A DNA stretch of 64,000 bases from assembly GCA_043228905.1 (NCBI GenBank), contig JBHGNT010000005.1, forward strand, positions 11,036,001-11,100,000, read 5' to 3'. Positions 13,554 through 26,956 of this stretch are shown in pieces. The position numbers and the translations under genes were made by a program. Source of the stretch: Azolla caroliniana (taxonomy: Eukaryota; Plantae; Polypodiophyta). Position 1 is the stretch's first letter, and every line of letters begins with the position of its first letter. The notes beneath the pieces were generated by a model, which saw nothing but the letters and a program-made list of their open reading frames with translations, was not told the DNA's origin and made no database searches.

Positions 13554-13940
13554 TTGTTACGTCGACACATCTCTACTACTCATCCATGTGCGAAACTTGA
13601 TTACAAGAAGTTGGGACCATTCCGTATCATCGAGTGCATCAATCCCGTCGCCTTCCGGCTCACCCTTCCATCCCACTTCCGGATTCATGATGTTTTTCAT
13701 GTCTCCCTCAAACCCCATTATGCTTCACAACTCCTAGGACGTCAGGCCCCTCCACCACCACTTGTGCAATTGATGACAGGGGAGGAATACGAGGTCGCCC
13801 AAATCCTTGACTCGCATTGGCACCGTCAACACTTGCAATACCTTGTCCTATGGAGGGGTTACCCCATGTGTGAGGCCATGTGGGAACCATCGGAAAATTT
13901 ACCAAATGCCCCAAAGGTCATCCAAGATTTTCATCACTGA
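13554..13940 (+). pseudogene. Integrase C-terminus with GPF motif and chromodomain (element C)
   Basis: KLGPFRI...HDVFHVS...EEYEVAQILDS...YLVLWRGY...WEP. Confidence 0.9.
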
Positions 13941-16836
13941 TATCCCCACAAACCAACGGCCGATTTGGGAAGGCGGCGTAGGAGGGGGGATAATGTCAAG
14001 ATTAGAACTCTTGACACGACCATGTTATAATCTAGTATCATGGGTTAACCAATATATCTAGTACACAGTTATGTATGTAATTGGTCCTTATTGTTTTGCT
14101 AGCATCATGTGCATAGTTGCTCCCTTGTAGTATTTACACTTGGCACATGCATGCATACCTACATGCTCTATTGTAGATTCACATACGTGCAACAAGTATG
14201 CCTTCCATGTAGTATAAATAGAGGAGTTCACCTTGAATTCCAGGTGAACAACACCAGTTATGGAGTCTTTCCGTTAATACTACTCATCCATTTGTCTATC
14301 TTCTTTCTTGTCTCTTGAGCTTATGATCTATCCGTGACATCATCTTGCATCGCCCTCAACCATTTCTCTCTGTGCTTGTCGGCAGTGGCTTCATCATAGC
14401 ACTCTGGCTCACCTTCATGAGTCAAGAGGATGTATTGACTGGCATATGTTGTTGGTGCTCTCCTCTCTCTAAGTGGGTATCTCCTTCCAATCATTGTCGG
14501 CTTCAGTTCGGAAGTCTCTGCCGACTCTATTCTAGGCCCAGGTTCATGTATGTCGATCGGCTTCTCAAGATTGGATGACTCCAATTTGTAATCCTCGATC
14601 GATCTTAACAACTCTACCAACTCAGATTCATAGTTGGTCAGTCTCTCCAAGTCAACCGATTCGGATTTGGCTGTCTCCAAACAACTGGCTGTGTTGGTTC
14701 ACTTGGCCTCAAGTCGTTAATAGTGGAGGTTGTCTAGTTAGTCACTTCTGGATTCTTGTCGACTAGGTCCCATAGCCTATAGCCAAACTCATCTTCTGAG
14801 TATCCCATGAATATGCATGGTTTCGACTTACTGTTGAGCTTTGACCTCTGATCCTTAGCTACATGCATGTACAGTAGGCATCCGAACACCCTCATGTGTC
14901 AGTAGGAGACATCCTTTCCTGTCCACACCCTTTGTGGGACATCACCTTTCAACGGTACTGAGGGAACCTGTTGATAAGATAAACACCCGTGTGCATCGCC
15001 TCAGCAAAGTATATTTTCGGCATTTTAGCATGCGACAACATGCTCCTTGTTCTCTCCATGATTGTTCGATTCATCCTTTCTGCAAACCCGTTCAACTCAG
15101 GGGTCTTCGGTATAGTGTATTCAATTCGAATACCTTGGGCGTTGCAATATTCCTCGAACTGCCCTTTATATTCGCCACCATTGTCGGTTTAGATAGCCCG
15201 TTCAGCTCTTGCATGGAACTCTTTGAAAAATGACAGTACTTGATCTTTTGACTTTAGTATGAAAGCCCACAACTTTCGACTATAGTCATTGATGAAAGTC
15301 ACAAAGTACTGTCCACCTTGATGTGACGAAGCATCTACATAACACACATCTGTGTGTACCAGTTCCAGTGGAACTTCTCTTCTTCTTGGTGGACGTATGT
15401 GGAATGTTGCTCTATTCTGCTCTCCGACTAAACTGTTGACGCACTTCTCCAGGTGCACTCCCTTTACTTCTGGTAGAAGCTTTTGGTCAGCCAACAGATG
15501 CAGTCCCTTCTCACTCATGTGGCCTAACCTCTTATGCCATATCGGTCTTGCTGAGTCAGCTACCACATTCACTTCCGACTTGCACAGTCAGGTTTGCATC
15601 ATATACAATGTGCCTTCCTTCTGTGCTCGGGCCACTATAAGATTTCCTCAGCAGAGCTTCCACTTGCCATTCCGAAAACTACCATTGTAGCCTTCGTAGT
15701 CCAATCTTCCAGTCCATATTAGATTCAATCTGATATCAGGGACGCGTCGAACATCCTTCAGAGTAAGTCAACACCCTGTCAACGTTGTCAGGCAGACACT
15801 TCTGATTCTAGTTATCTTGCACTCCCCACTGTCACCCATCTTTACATAACCCTGATCACTGGCTATGTAAGTCGAGAAATACTCTCTCGAAGGAGTTATG
15901 TGGAAGGATGCACCGGAGTAGATCACCCAAGAACATTCTTCACTTGCAAGATTTGCACTTGTCTGTTCACAAATGAATAGAAGTTCTTCATTGCTCGTAG
16001 GAATAGCTGAAGTGTACTTTTCTTGAGGAATCTTCCTGGGTTCGACATTATTACCGACATTCTTTTCCTTTTTAAGGTGTCGCTAGTCTTTCTGGAAATG
16101 TCTAGGCTTTCCACAATAAAAGCACTCGAGCTTTCCTCTGAACTTCGACCTGGCGTGAGACTTTTCTCTCCTTGGTGGACTTCATTGCCAGTTCCTTCCT
16201 CTGCCGATGTCTTGAGTCAAATTTGACTCCGACTGGACTAGGACACCCTTGTCCTTCCCTCTTGCTTCCTCATTCAGGATGCTTGTCTTCAGCACTTGTA
16301 AAGACAAGTTCACTTCTTAACAGGAGGTGCTGAGAGTAACCACCAAGTTCTCCCAGCTATCCGGTAGTGTGTACTTCAGCAGGATGACCTGCATAGCATC
16401 ATCAATGGGAAACTTGGTTGCAACAAGTTGATTTACATACCCCACGAATGTGTTGATGTGTTCGACGATGCTCTCACTGTCTCTATATTTCAGCCATACG
16501 ATCTTTCTCATTAGTGAGGTTTTATTGAGGGCGTTCTTCCTCTCATATAGAGCTGAGATCTTTTGCCACATCTTGTGGGCATTTGTGTCATTCGCCACAT
16601 GTTGAAGGACAGTTACATCGACACACTATTGGATGGTGGCCACCACCTTTTTGTTAAGAAGTTTCCATTCCGACTCTAATACCCCCGTGGGTATTTCTGC
16701 TTTGTCGATCGGCTCGTACAAGTCTTTGACTATGAGAAGGTTCTCCATCTTTATCTTCCAGTCTGCATAGTTCTGAGACTTTATAACTATCATTCCTAGG
16801 AAGCCACTCACACCTCCTTCCATGCTTGCACCTTAA

Positions 16837-16848
16837 GCTCTGATACCA
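16837..16848 (-). promoter_or_regulatory. PBS of B (tRNA-iMet)
   Basis: rc TGGTATCAGAGC, 3 nt from the 5' LTR. Confidence 0.92.
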
Positions 16849-17515
16849 GATTGTTGAGAAACGAATCGTCAATCCACAAGAAAAGGAATATGTTGAAAAT
16901 GCATAACTTTGAAACACTGAAAACAGTGTACACAGATTTAACGTGGAAAAGCCTAAAGCGGGAGAAAAGCCAAGAAGAACAGAGCTTCACTATACAGTGG
17001 ATATACAACAACAAGATCAGAGTACAACACTCTCTACATATAGTGTAAACAACCCCGAAGGACTCTTGGCGTATGTTACTGATTACGAACACGGTCTACT
17101 CTCAGTCCTTCGAGGTAGACTTCAAGGTGATTGCGGTGCAAGGAATAGATTCGTAACAGGCTTACAAAGCAAAGTGTATCATTGGGGCATGAAGGGAGAC
17201 GGCTACAACCGAAGTTCACCAGTGTGTGATCTCATATGCACACTTACCCTACGCTTACTAGCCTACAGTCACCAACAGAGTACTCCACTGAACTAGTAGA
17301 TGATTTGCACAGACAAGGGAATAAGAGAAGATAGTACTATATTACAGAAGGTAGCTCTCAAAATACACGCTACCTCTTTACAGAGGATTTCCGCCCTTTA
17401 TATACACAGTGCTTTTAGTCCATTATGCTCCTAGCGTGAACCGTTACATGCATTTCTTTAATGCTTCTAATAATATATTCTATTCGTTTAAGCATTAGGT
17501 CCGGCGGACAACACT

Positions 17516-17556
17516 TGGCACGCTTGTGGGATAGTGCCATGGCACGTCGGACCCAT
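17516..17556 (-). promoter_or_regulatory. tRNA-3'-half-like motif at the PPT position of D
   Basis: Sense ATGGG TCCGA CGTGCCATGGCACTA TCCCAC AAGCGTGCCA, followed by 2 nt and then the 3' LTR. Confidence 0.75.
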
Positions 17557-17560
17557 CCCT

Positions 17561-19720
17561 CTACTCATCCTTCAAAATGTCCAGGATGTTCGGCTCCGTC
17601 CATACAACATGGTCGGGAGAAGGCGCGGCGTCCGTAGGTGCTTCGTTGTTCTGCTCGACCGGCTCATCCCATTGCGTGTCATCCACTTCACCACGCTTGG
17701 CCGGTGTGTGAGTTCCCATGTTGTTATCTTTACTCCGCATAATCAAGGCCAACTCAATTGGTTCGGTATTTGTATCATTCCTCCGTGGTTCTGACGTTGG
17801 CTCTTCAGTCTGTGGGTAAGTGGTCGGACAGGGCTCTTCTTTGTCTGTATCTTCTGTAGCGTGGACAGGTGTAGTGGTCACCTCCAATGGGTTATTCGAA
17901 TTAGGCTGAGGCTCATCTTGTTCGGTGGAATCGCTGTGTAGTACTATAATTCTCTCCATCCTTTGTTGTTCGCTGTGGATCTCCATTAGCCGTCGGAAAA
18001 TATCTTCTTGACTTTCCCTGAAATCTTCCAACAGTTGCGTGAGTTCTTTGGAGTGTTGGTCCGCTAACATGCGATAGTCTTGCACGAGGTCCTCGCATAC
18101 TGCCGCAATGATTTCCTCATTGAGCTTGTAGAAGCCTCTGCCTTCTTTTCGTTCATTCTCCCAGTCTGCCCGGTAGGTGTGCAATTCTGCTGCTTGTGTT
18201 GCCCACGCCGCCCATCCTTTGTCCAACGCCGCTTTTAACTGTGCCGTAACCCGCTCGCGATTTGTTTGAAGAAGAACGCATACATTGTCCTTATTGTTTG
18301 GGAGTGGGTTTGCGCTTCGTCCATGGCTTTTTTGAGGTTTTCGATTTTACACTTATTGGCCGTAGCCGCTCCTCATAGAGGCTCTTCATCTTTGCCCATA
18401 TCCGGGATTCTTTCAAGTGTAGTTCCTCGAGCCGGCCCATTTCATTGTTCAGGTGGACTTGTACTTGATGCTTAAGTTCCCGTTCCCACGCGAGTTGTTC
18501 GTCGTACCATGCTTTCTTCTTTTCCAATAACTCTCGGAGTCCCGTGATAACGGGTTCTGTCTTTTGGGCTTCCTCACACAACTTTCTATTTTCTTCTTTT
18601 GTGCGGGTATGCGTTGCTGTCTCCGCCTCGAGCTTATCTTCTGTTTCTTTCACCGCCCGGATATCCTTTTCTCTGTTTGATGATTGGCAAAGTTCCGCGT
18701 GGAGGCGGTCAATCTCGGACTCGGCTAACTGCGTAGCTCTTTTTGCTTTTGCGGCGATGGCGGTTTGTGCTTTGACCTCCTCCCATAAAGTCGTCGATGC
18801 GTCATCGTTGGATGTCAGTCCAGGGTTTTGTTGCGCCGTAGTTGTGGTGCGTTCTAATTCCGCAATGCGCTCTTGGACCTTCTGTAGTTGGGCTTGAGTT
18901 AGCTTGACTGTTTTCCAGACATTTTTATTTTTGATAGCCATATCTTTGGCTCCCATTCTGACTGTGGCCAACTCCCTATGTACTTCGACGAGGGCCATAT
19001 TAAATGGGGGCAATTCAATGCCCATGCAACGAATCCTTGTGTTTTGCTACCTGCCTATCTTGGCGAGGGGTCCCTCATCTTCGCTTTTTGCCGTTCTCGT
19101 CAGCGTACGCTCAATCATTTGTTGTTCCGTGTGCTCCTCGGCCATTCTCTGGGACACCTTGATCTGTTGTGTCACCAAAAAGTCCATGAGTTCGTAAGTC
19201 GTCCCATACTGTAACAGTGCGCCAAACTCATGGGCCGTATTCAGGATGTCTGGATACTTGAGGTCTTCGCTTTCCGTTGTGAGCACTCCATTGCCTTGCT
19301 GCAACTGAGCCGTAATGATTGGTTGTGGTTCCCGGATTATCTCCAATGTAGTTATGTGCTCCGTAGGGGTGGAAGCGTCAATTGATGCGGCTGTGTCTTT
19401 GACCAATCTGCGCCCATCCTTCTGATCTAATCTTCGCCGTTTCGGCCTGGGGCTTTCGTGGTTCTGTTCCGTTTCTTGCTCATTCCTTGTTGTTGGTGCT
19501 TCGACCGTCCTTTCTGGTTGTTCCGGCTACATTGGTTGTGCTACGGGGTGGGAAGCTTGTGGTTCCTCTTCCCATTCCGTGGTTGTAGATTCCGATAACC
19601 ACCGTTTCGTAAATCGTGGCGGAGGCGTAGGTTTACTGGGCGGTGGGGCAGGTAGACCACGAGGTTGAAACAGTATCGTAAGGTACTGTTGTATAATCGG
19701 CCTCAGCTTTTTGTCGGCAT
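17561..19720 (-). pseudogene. 3' accessory coiled-coil-like ORF of D (fragmented)
   Basis: Pieces 19047-19406, 18291-19025 and 17561-18226 are rich in E/K/Q/A. The C-terminus ILDILKDE parallels ILDILDEE in J. Confidence 0.65.
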
Positions 19721-19727
19721 GGTATGC

Positions 19728-21975
19728 TATTAGAGATCTAGGTACTAAACTAAGCTTAAAATAAGGATAAACTAATGATAGATAGAAAGGAGAAAGAGAA
19801 AGAAGGGTGCCGATCCACCCGACCACCCCCGAGCGAAGGGATCGAGACGGACTCAAGCCTCGATCAGCGTCCCATACCACTGCCATGGCGTCGAGTCGTA
19901 CATGGTGCTAGCTCACTCGCTACAAGAGTTGACCCACCACAAGAGCAGAGTCTCGATGTAGTCAAAAGATGATGAAATGAGGGTAGCTAGGCCTCTTATT
20001 TTTCTCACCACGGGATATTAAATGGTCATGCTCGTAACATACTCCCCCTCTTTAAAACATTGCACTCTTGCAAAGGAAAGTTAGGGAAATTAGTTTTGAG
20101 AGTATTTTCGCGTTCCCATGTGGCATCTTTTATTGATTTATCCATCCATTTTATTTTAAATTCACGGATTTCTTTATTACGTAATTTTTTTGTTTTAACA
20201 TCGAGAATTCTTTCTGGTACATATGGTTTAGAAGATAATTCTTCAGAAGTAACCAGAGTTTCAGTTGTAACAGTATTCTCGCAAGAATCTAGAAGTTCTT
20301 TTAGACGACTCACATGAAAGACTGGATGAATTCCGACACCATCGGGAAGAGCGAGACGATAGGCTGATGACCCAATGTGTTTGAGGACTTTAAAAGGTCC
20401 ACAAAACCGTGGGGCTAACTTAGCGCACTTACCCGTAGACAATGACTTAGAATTGTGAGGGACACGTAAAAATACCTTCTGTCCAGGGTTGAATACACGA
20501 GGTTGCTTATGATGATAGGCATAAAAACACGCTCTATCTTGAGCTATTTTTATATTATCTCGTGCAATATGCAACATATCTTGCATATCCCGAAGAAAGT
20601 TTTGCGTACTTCGCAACTCATCATGATGTATATTAACATTAATTGGGGCTCATGGCTGAAAACCATACATCAACATAAACGGACTATATCCCGTCGACGT
20701 ATGCTTGGAGCTATTATAAGCAAACTCCAAAATTGGGCGATAACGTTCCCATTTTGTTGGTTTTGCACCAACGTATGCTCGAAGCATGTCCTCAATAAAT
20801 TCATTTACTCGTTCTGTCTGTTCATCGGATTGAGGATGATCCGTGGAGCTCATGCTCAATGTAGTTTCTAACTTCTTAAAGACTTGCGTCCAGAAGTCAC
20901 TAGTAAACTTTAGATCTCGATCACTCACGATATCCATCGGTAACCCATAAAAACGAAATAATTCGTCAACGAATTGGTAAGCCAATTCAGGAGCTGTTAC
21001 CGTGGTTTTAGTAGCAATAAATCTGGCCATTTTAGTTAGTCGATCAACGATAACCCAGATGGCATCATGACCTTTTTGGGTGCGAGGAAGGCTAACAATA
21101 AAATCCATGGATATACTTTCCCACTTATTATTGGGAATGTCCAAGGGATGTAAAAGTCTTGTGGCTTAAAGTCGCTCGGCTTTGTTAACCTGACACTGGT
21201 GACATTTAGTCACATAGCTATGTATGTCAGGACGCATCTTAGGCCAATAAAATTGAGTGGAGATGAGAACGAGTGTATGATGTATTCCAGGGTGCCCTGC
21301 TGAGGGTGCATCATGGCATTAAAAAAGAATCCTCTTTTTGACCTCGGGTAAATTTGGAACACAAACCTTCCCATTATGGTACAACGAACCGTTAGCAATG
21401 TGGAAGTATTCCTTCGAGGATGTGGTGGTGTCTGCTCCAGACTCAACTCTTGCCCAGTATTTTGCAAAATAATTGTCATCAGGATACTTTCCTCGAAGGT
21501 GATCATAAAGATCTGATGTTATTTCAGTGAAGCTAAGCATGTTAACTTCACGGATGCGACTTAGTGCATCAACGATAGTGTTCATGGAACCTTTACGATA
21601 TTGTATGGAAAAATCAAGTTCCTGGATGAGATCAGCCCATCGTGCCTTACGACCTTTCAAGTCTTGTTGGTCACAAAAATATTTCAAGGACTTGTGGTCC
21701 ATAGTTACCACAAAGAGATTTCCATAAAGATAATGGCGCCATGTTTTGAGCGCATGTATAACTACAAATAATTTCTTCTCTTGAATGGTATACCGACATT
21801 GAGCAGAATCAAGTTTCTTACTCTCGAATGCTATTGGTTTACCATCTTGATACAAGACAACACCTATAGCATAATCTCTTGCATTGGTTTCAACCTCAAA
21901 AGGTTTTGAAGGATCAGGTAAAAGAAGTGAAGGAGCCTTGCAAACCAGGTCCTTGAGTTCCTTAAAGGCGAGGTC
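19728..21975 (-). mobile_element. Truncated chromovirus O (RNase H-INT-chromodomain, PPT, 3' LTR) inside D
   Basis: ORFs 21319-21975 (RNase H), 20650-21144 (INT core) and 20026-20616 (GPF and chromodomain PERILD..IKW..ATWE). PPT rc at 20040-20053. LTR 19728-20039 is similar to the intronic solo LTR at 31662-32112. Confidence 0.85.
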
Positions 21976-22177
21976 CTTGCTTTGGCCTTGCCGGAAGCTA
22001 ATACAATTATGCTGCCAATTTTGTTTGATGTTGGCTGAGCGTAGCCAAGGTCTGCCAAGCAATATTGGGTACGCTTCCAAAGTGTCTAGTGCGAGCACTA
22101 CCGCAAAGATTTCGAAGCGATGGCTGCCAACGACAATGCCTAATTTCTGGATTAACCCTAGGGGTCTGACAGAATGG

Positions 22178-25100
22178 TGTCGTGAAGAAAACCGGCCTTA
22201 GGCGGAATCAATGAAGAAGGTGTATGAACCGGCCCTTACGCACGAACACAAGTATTGATAAGAAGTACGTAATTAGGAATAGGTTGGCTGATGTAAATAT
22301 ACTAGGTAGTAAAGATTTATTAGTTAGGAAATCGATGCGTATCTCTGTCCGAAGGGATAGAGAATAAAGTGATGTGACCAGGATGTAATGGTCCCTCTTC
22401 GGCGGCCTATAAAAGGGAAGGGGAGAAAACTGAGAAAGGGGTCGCGTTTTTGGGCAAGGACGAGTTGTTGTCGAACTGGGAACCGATCTCTCTCCTCCTC
22501 TTTCATTGTTCTCTATAGGATTCTGTGTTGGTTGCCTCTGCTTCGAGGAAATCCATGTGCCTTCCGGCAAGGCTCTACGGTGTGTGTGTGTGGGGGTGTG
22601 ATTGTTTGGGTTGGGTCTGTCGCTGGCTAGCTGGCTGCAATCTTGCAATCATTGTAATCGTTACTGATATTGTAATTGAATCTCCTGTTTTTCGTCTATC
22701 TGTGTTCCTATGAGTCTCCTTTTCTTTTCCTTTCCACGAGTGTGCTTCTTGTTTTGTCGGTATAAGCCTTGGTGGTTCATTCAGCCGGCAAGCGTTGTCG
22801 GTTGCGACAGGCCTAACCGGCCCTACGCTTACGCGCTTCCCCTTTCCTCTTCTTTCTCTTGCTCCTCAGTTCAGGGCCCCCGCGGTCCCGCCTTATTTCC
22901 CACGCGAAAGTGAAACAACACGACATATTTTGGTGAACCCGACGTGAAGAAGGCGGCAAAGGAGTCGAAGATGAGGGGATCGAAGCTCGTCGAAGCGATG
23001 GCGGCAATAGTCTATCGAATAGTAAGTGCTCGCGAAGGCACTAGCACCCTCGATAGGACCATTGAAGCAAATGTCGTCACGATAGGACGGTTTGGTGGGA
23101 AGGACACGACGAGCTATTTGGTGGCCTACCGAGCCGAGATGGTGATGAGGGACATTCCGGAGGATAGGTGTCTGGCCGAGTTCCCTCGGGTGGTGATGTT
23201 GGGCATCCACGCAGAGGTGCTCGAGGTACAGGCTGGATTCCGGACCTGGGGAAAATTCGAAGCACGGCTCCTTGAAGGGTACGGGCTTGATGACACGCTT
23301 CGGTTATCAAAGTGGGACTTCTTGGAGTGGGTGGAGACCCCTGGAAAGGGGAGGAACGCGTCGGCGCTCCTCCAGGAGTTTGAAGAACGCTTCGCACGGC
23401 TCTCGGCACTAGACAGGACCGTGCTAGACACGAGTCATGTCTTGTTGTTCGTCAAAGTGGTGGGCGTGCAGGATTGGGATCAAGTGGGTCTGCTGCGGGA
23501 GACAGATGATGGGTTGACGACCAATTGGGCCACAATCAAAGGAGTCTGCAGCTGTTTCGACAAGTGGCTTGAGTGGGGCAACGAGGGATCGTCGGCGGCG
23601 AGACCCGTCCCGGCAAGGAAGTTCGATGAACGTTCGCCGGCACAAAAAGAGGAAACTCAGGATTGGCTTGAGATTGGCTCAACATTGACCGGCGTGGTCA
23701 AGGGCCCATCCGAAGGATCGGCTCTTGAGGAGCTAACACAAATGGTGCGCGACCTGTAGATCGTGCAGGCCCGGAGAGATAGTGAAGGGCAGCCACGCGA
23801 CTGGAGGCCACCGGCTGGACAACGGTGTATGTGGTGCAACGCGGTCAGATAGAGCCGGCGAGACTGCGTTCAGTTTGCCGAAGCCTTGAGGGGTAATGTG
23901 GTGTACCTGTGGAACGGACGGGTGCACGCTGGTGATACCCAGAGAGCCGTGGAGACAAATTTCGAGCGCGGCAGAATGAAGCGGTTAATGGAAGAAGTGG
24001 AGGCGTGCCATCCAAAGGTCGTCCATTATTCGGCATTAGTTAGAATTCGGGTAGGAGGAAATGAAAACTGGAAAATGAAAGACTCTAGCTTCTGTCGCTT
24101 GCTGCCAGAAGGCCTCACCGGTGCACGACTGAAGAGGGAAGAAGCAGACTGCGGGGAGCAGCGGGTCCAGGAGGTCACTAGGTGGGACGACCCGATAGAG
24201 GAGAAGATAGGTTTCGTGGAAGCCGCGTGCCAGAACTACGAAGTTCTATTGGATGATAAGAGGGCAAGGAAGGCCGGTTAGACCACGACCCCCAATCGAT
24301 ATGAGACCCGGTTTGGGCCGAAGAGGAATGAAGCCGGCAATTCCGGCATGGCAGACAAAGCAAGGCCGACCGGTTACTGGCTCGGCACCGAAATTGAAAG
24401 GACGATGGACCTATGGAAGGTCCTCGAGGAGCAAATTCTCGACAGCAAGGTGGAGTTGTCGCTGAGGGAGGTGCTTGGGATTGCCAAGAATGAGTTCCAC
24501 GATTCCATCATGGACTTGGTAAAGCGTAAACGGCTCTCGACGGAGCCAAAGCCGGAGAAGCCAGTGGAGGTGCAAACGACGCTCATGGGGACGTGGCCCT
24601 GGAAGACAAGTTGGCGGAGAGCCACTATTCGAAGTTGCACTAGGTGAGGGCTACTATGGAAACCCCCGTTGGGGTCGGGGACATCCAGGAGTCAGTAGTG
24701 GTGTTGATTGACCACAGGTTGGAGATCAACCTGGTGTCTATGGACTTCTATAAGAAGGGAAATTGGCCGATCAACACCAGGCACGCATGGAAGATACGCG
24801 CGGCGATGCGCGCCACGGAGGAGTTGCAGGGGGCCTGCCGAAATGTAGGTGTGAAAATCAGCGATGTCGAGATTGATCAGCACTTCTTTGTGCAGGAGAC
24901 ATCCTCACACCCGGTGATACTCGACGAACCGTACAATATGGCGGCATGCATGCACACAAAGGTGCTAGATAACGATTCAGCGTACGCATATGTGAAAAGC
25001 CAAGATGGGCGGCACTCCGTCCAATTTGTGACAGTGCGACCGAACCATGAGCGTAACCGCGAGACCCTCGGGGGTGACAACCAAGGGGATCTTTAGAGAG

Positions 25101-25685
25101 GGCTATCAAGGTGTGTGGTCGTGGTAGTTCGGACACTCCGGCGGAACCCCACAAGTGTACTATAGGTAGGAAGTTTTGGGTCTCCGACAACGGAGGTTGT
25201 ACGATAGCCGGTGTCGGTGGCCGGGAGAAGAAGAGGGCCAAGGAATGTTTCAGAGAGTGCGGAATCCTCCGCTCTGACAAAGAAATTAGCGTCGTCGTGG
25301 AGGCGGTCTCTTTCGACGACAACCTGGGAGAGTTAGGGTGGGTGGTCAAAGAAGGCCTCAGTGAAGATCAGGTTGTCCCGAATATTTCTATAGAGATGTA
25401 CGAAGTCATTGCTGACTTCGGGGAGAGGGTCAGGTCGGATCGGACGGCCTGAGTAGATGCAAAGAACAAGACTGTGGACTAGAAGGTGAGGATAGTTGCG
25501 GCTCCCTTGCCGGAGGGCAATGAGGAGTGGAAAAAGGGGGTCACATTGGACCCAAGTTTATGGTATCCGGCTGGCATAGGACACCAGTTCACCGACATAA
25601 CGCTATGGGAGCTCAAGGTCGGTGGGGGTGGCTTTCTACTACCAGCGGAGGAGGACCGGTTTCAGAAAATGCTTGGAAGGCATGG
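22178..25685 (+). mobile_element. Trp-primed Ty3/gypsy element F (5' half only), inserted in the protease region of D
   Basis: LTR TGTCGTG...CACGACA at 22178-22925. PBS 22931-22948. Gag 22944-23759 and downstream, PR 24644-25096 (LIDHRLEINL), start of pol to 25685. Homologous to K. Confidence 0.88.
22931..22948 (+). promoter_or_regulatory. PBS of F (tRNA-Trp)
   Basis: TGGTGAACCCGACGTGAA, complementary to the plant tRNA-Trp(CCA) 3' end as I recall it. Confidence 0.8.
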
Positions 25686-26361
25686 TGTCGCGTTGTTACG
25701 CGTGTGCGTATAGAACGAGGCGGGACCATGGGGAACTTGGACCGAGGAATAACCAAACAGGAGTAGGAGCAACAAAGAGAACAGTCGTGCTTCCACACAC
25801 ACACACACACACAAATACACAGAAACCGCAACCGAATGAAACAACGAAAACGAGAATATATATATTCTGATGAAAAAGGGGTTACAACCGGCAAGCCGGT
25901 TAGCGACAAATCTCCCACGCCTATGCAACACGTAGAGAAGAGCGAGATGGAGACTCTGCCCGAAGCACTCAGGCGTTCCGCGGAGCAAAGTCAGCCTCCC
26001 GAAAACCTGCACAAAGCAAATACAAAGAAAGACGGAGGAGAAGAGCTCGTTCCCAGTCCAACAGCACTTCGTCCTCGACTCCCCCCCCCCTTCTTTACGA
26101 TCCCTCTCCCTCTCTTTTATAGCCCAAGGAGGGAGGCCGTTACAACTTGTTACATCATCTTTATTCTTTGTCCTTTCGGATAGAGATATGCCTTGATTTC
26201 CTACTTATCATATCAGTGCGACCTAGGATATTCACATCAGCCGACTTGTATCTAAATATGTACATTTCAACAAAACTTGTGCCCGTGTGTAAGGGCCGGT
26301 TCGCGCACATCATTCTCCGATTTCGCCTAGGGTTTAGGCACATTCCGATTTCTCCACGACA
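25686..26361 (-). mobile_element. Solo/recombinant LTR N (F-related family), no TSD
   Basis: rc begins TGTCGTGGAGAAATC and shares GAACCGGCCCTTAC..CACAAG with the F LTR. Left flank is F pol and right flank is D gag. Confidence 0.8.
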
Positions 26362-26937
26362 ACGTTGTGGCACATTCCGATGAAAAAAACGCAAGAACGC
26401 TGATTGTAGCTGGTCGAAGGTTGTGATTGCTACCAAATCCATCTGGGAATGCCAGCACGCAGCCTGATCGTCTAAAGTTAACCTGAACTCGGCGATCTTA
26501 GAAGCGTGACCTTCCGCGTCTAGAAACCGCTACGCCATATGATTCGCATTCCAAACATTGAGGAATAGCCGGGTGTGGCTAGCCGCATCTGCTTCTCCAT
26601 TGAAGTGGGGGTATAAGAAAGCCATTCTGGATGCTGTGTTGACGATCGGAAGGGGAAAACTCTTGCTTTCATGATGTGGACTATTGTGGCGTTTAACCGC
26701 ACTACCTTGGTCGTGTGACAATAGGGCTTCGTTGTCGACGTTGCGCTAGTTTGTGAGTGTGGAGTCTACCGTCTACTCCTGGAAGGAGCACTTGTGGTCG
26801 CTGAGGTGGGGTTTTCGCTTAGCGCTCTTTTGTCTGGCGAGTGATAGACCTCGTTAGTGGTCGATCTTGTCGGGTCGGTTCTCTGGCTCGTCTACAGCTA
26901 GTCATCCATAACTTGCTGCTCGTCTATGCTGAACCAT

Positions 26938-26956
26938 AGTCCCACCAGGCATGCCA
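26938..26956 (-). promoter_or_regulatory. PBS of D (tRNA-Arg, probably UCU)
   Basis: Sense TGGCATGCCTGGTGGGACT, 4 nt from the 5' LTR. Resembles Tat/Ogre-type Arg PBS. Confidence 0.82.

Larger units (their letters stand above)
6576..14339 (+). mobile_element. Ty3/gypsy chromovirus C (Tcn1/Tf1-like), inserted in B
   Basis: Perfect TSD TCATC (6571-6575 and 14340-14344). LTRs 6576-6925 and 13994-14339. PPT GGAGGGGGGA at 13981-13990. Gag 7315-7836, RT 8804-9190 (YLDD), RNase H/INT 9749-10825, chromodomain 13554-13940. Confidence 0.95.

Noticed and set aside
22174-25685. ATGG...ATGG as a TSD around F
   Set aside because: The second ATGG is F's own pol sequence (..RHG, matching K) and F has no 3' LTR there, so the match is not a TSD.
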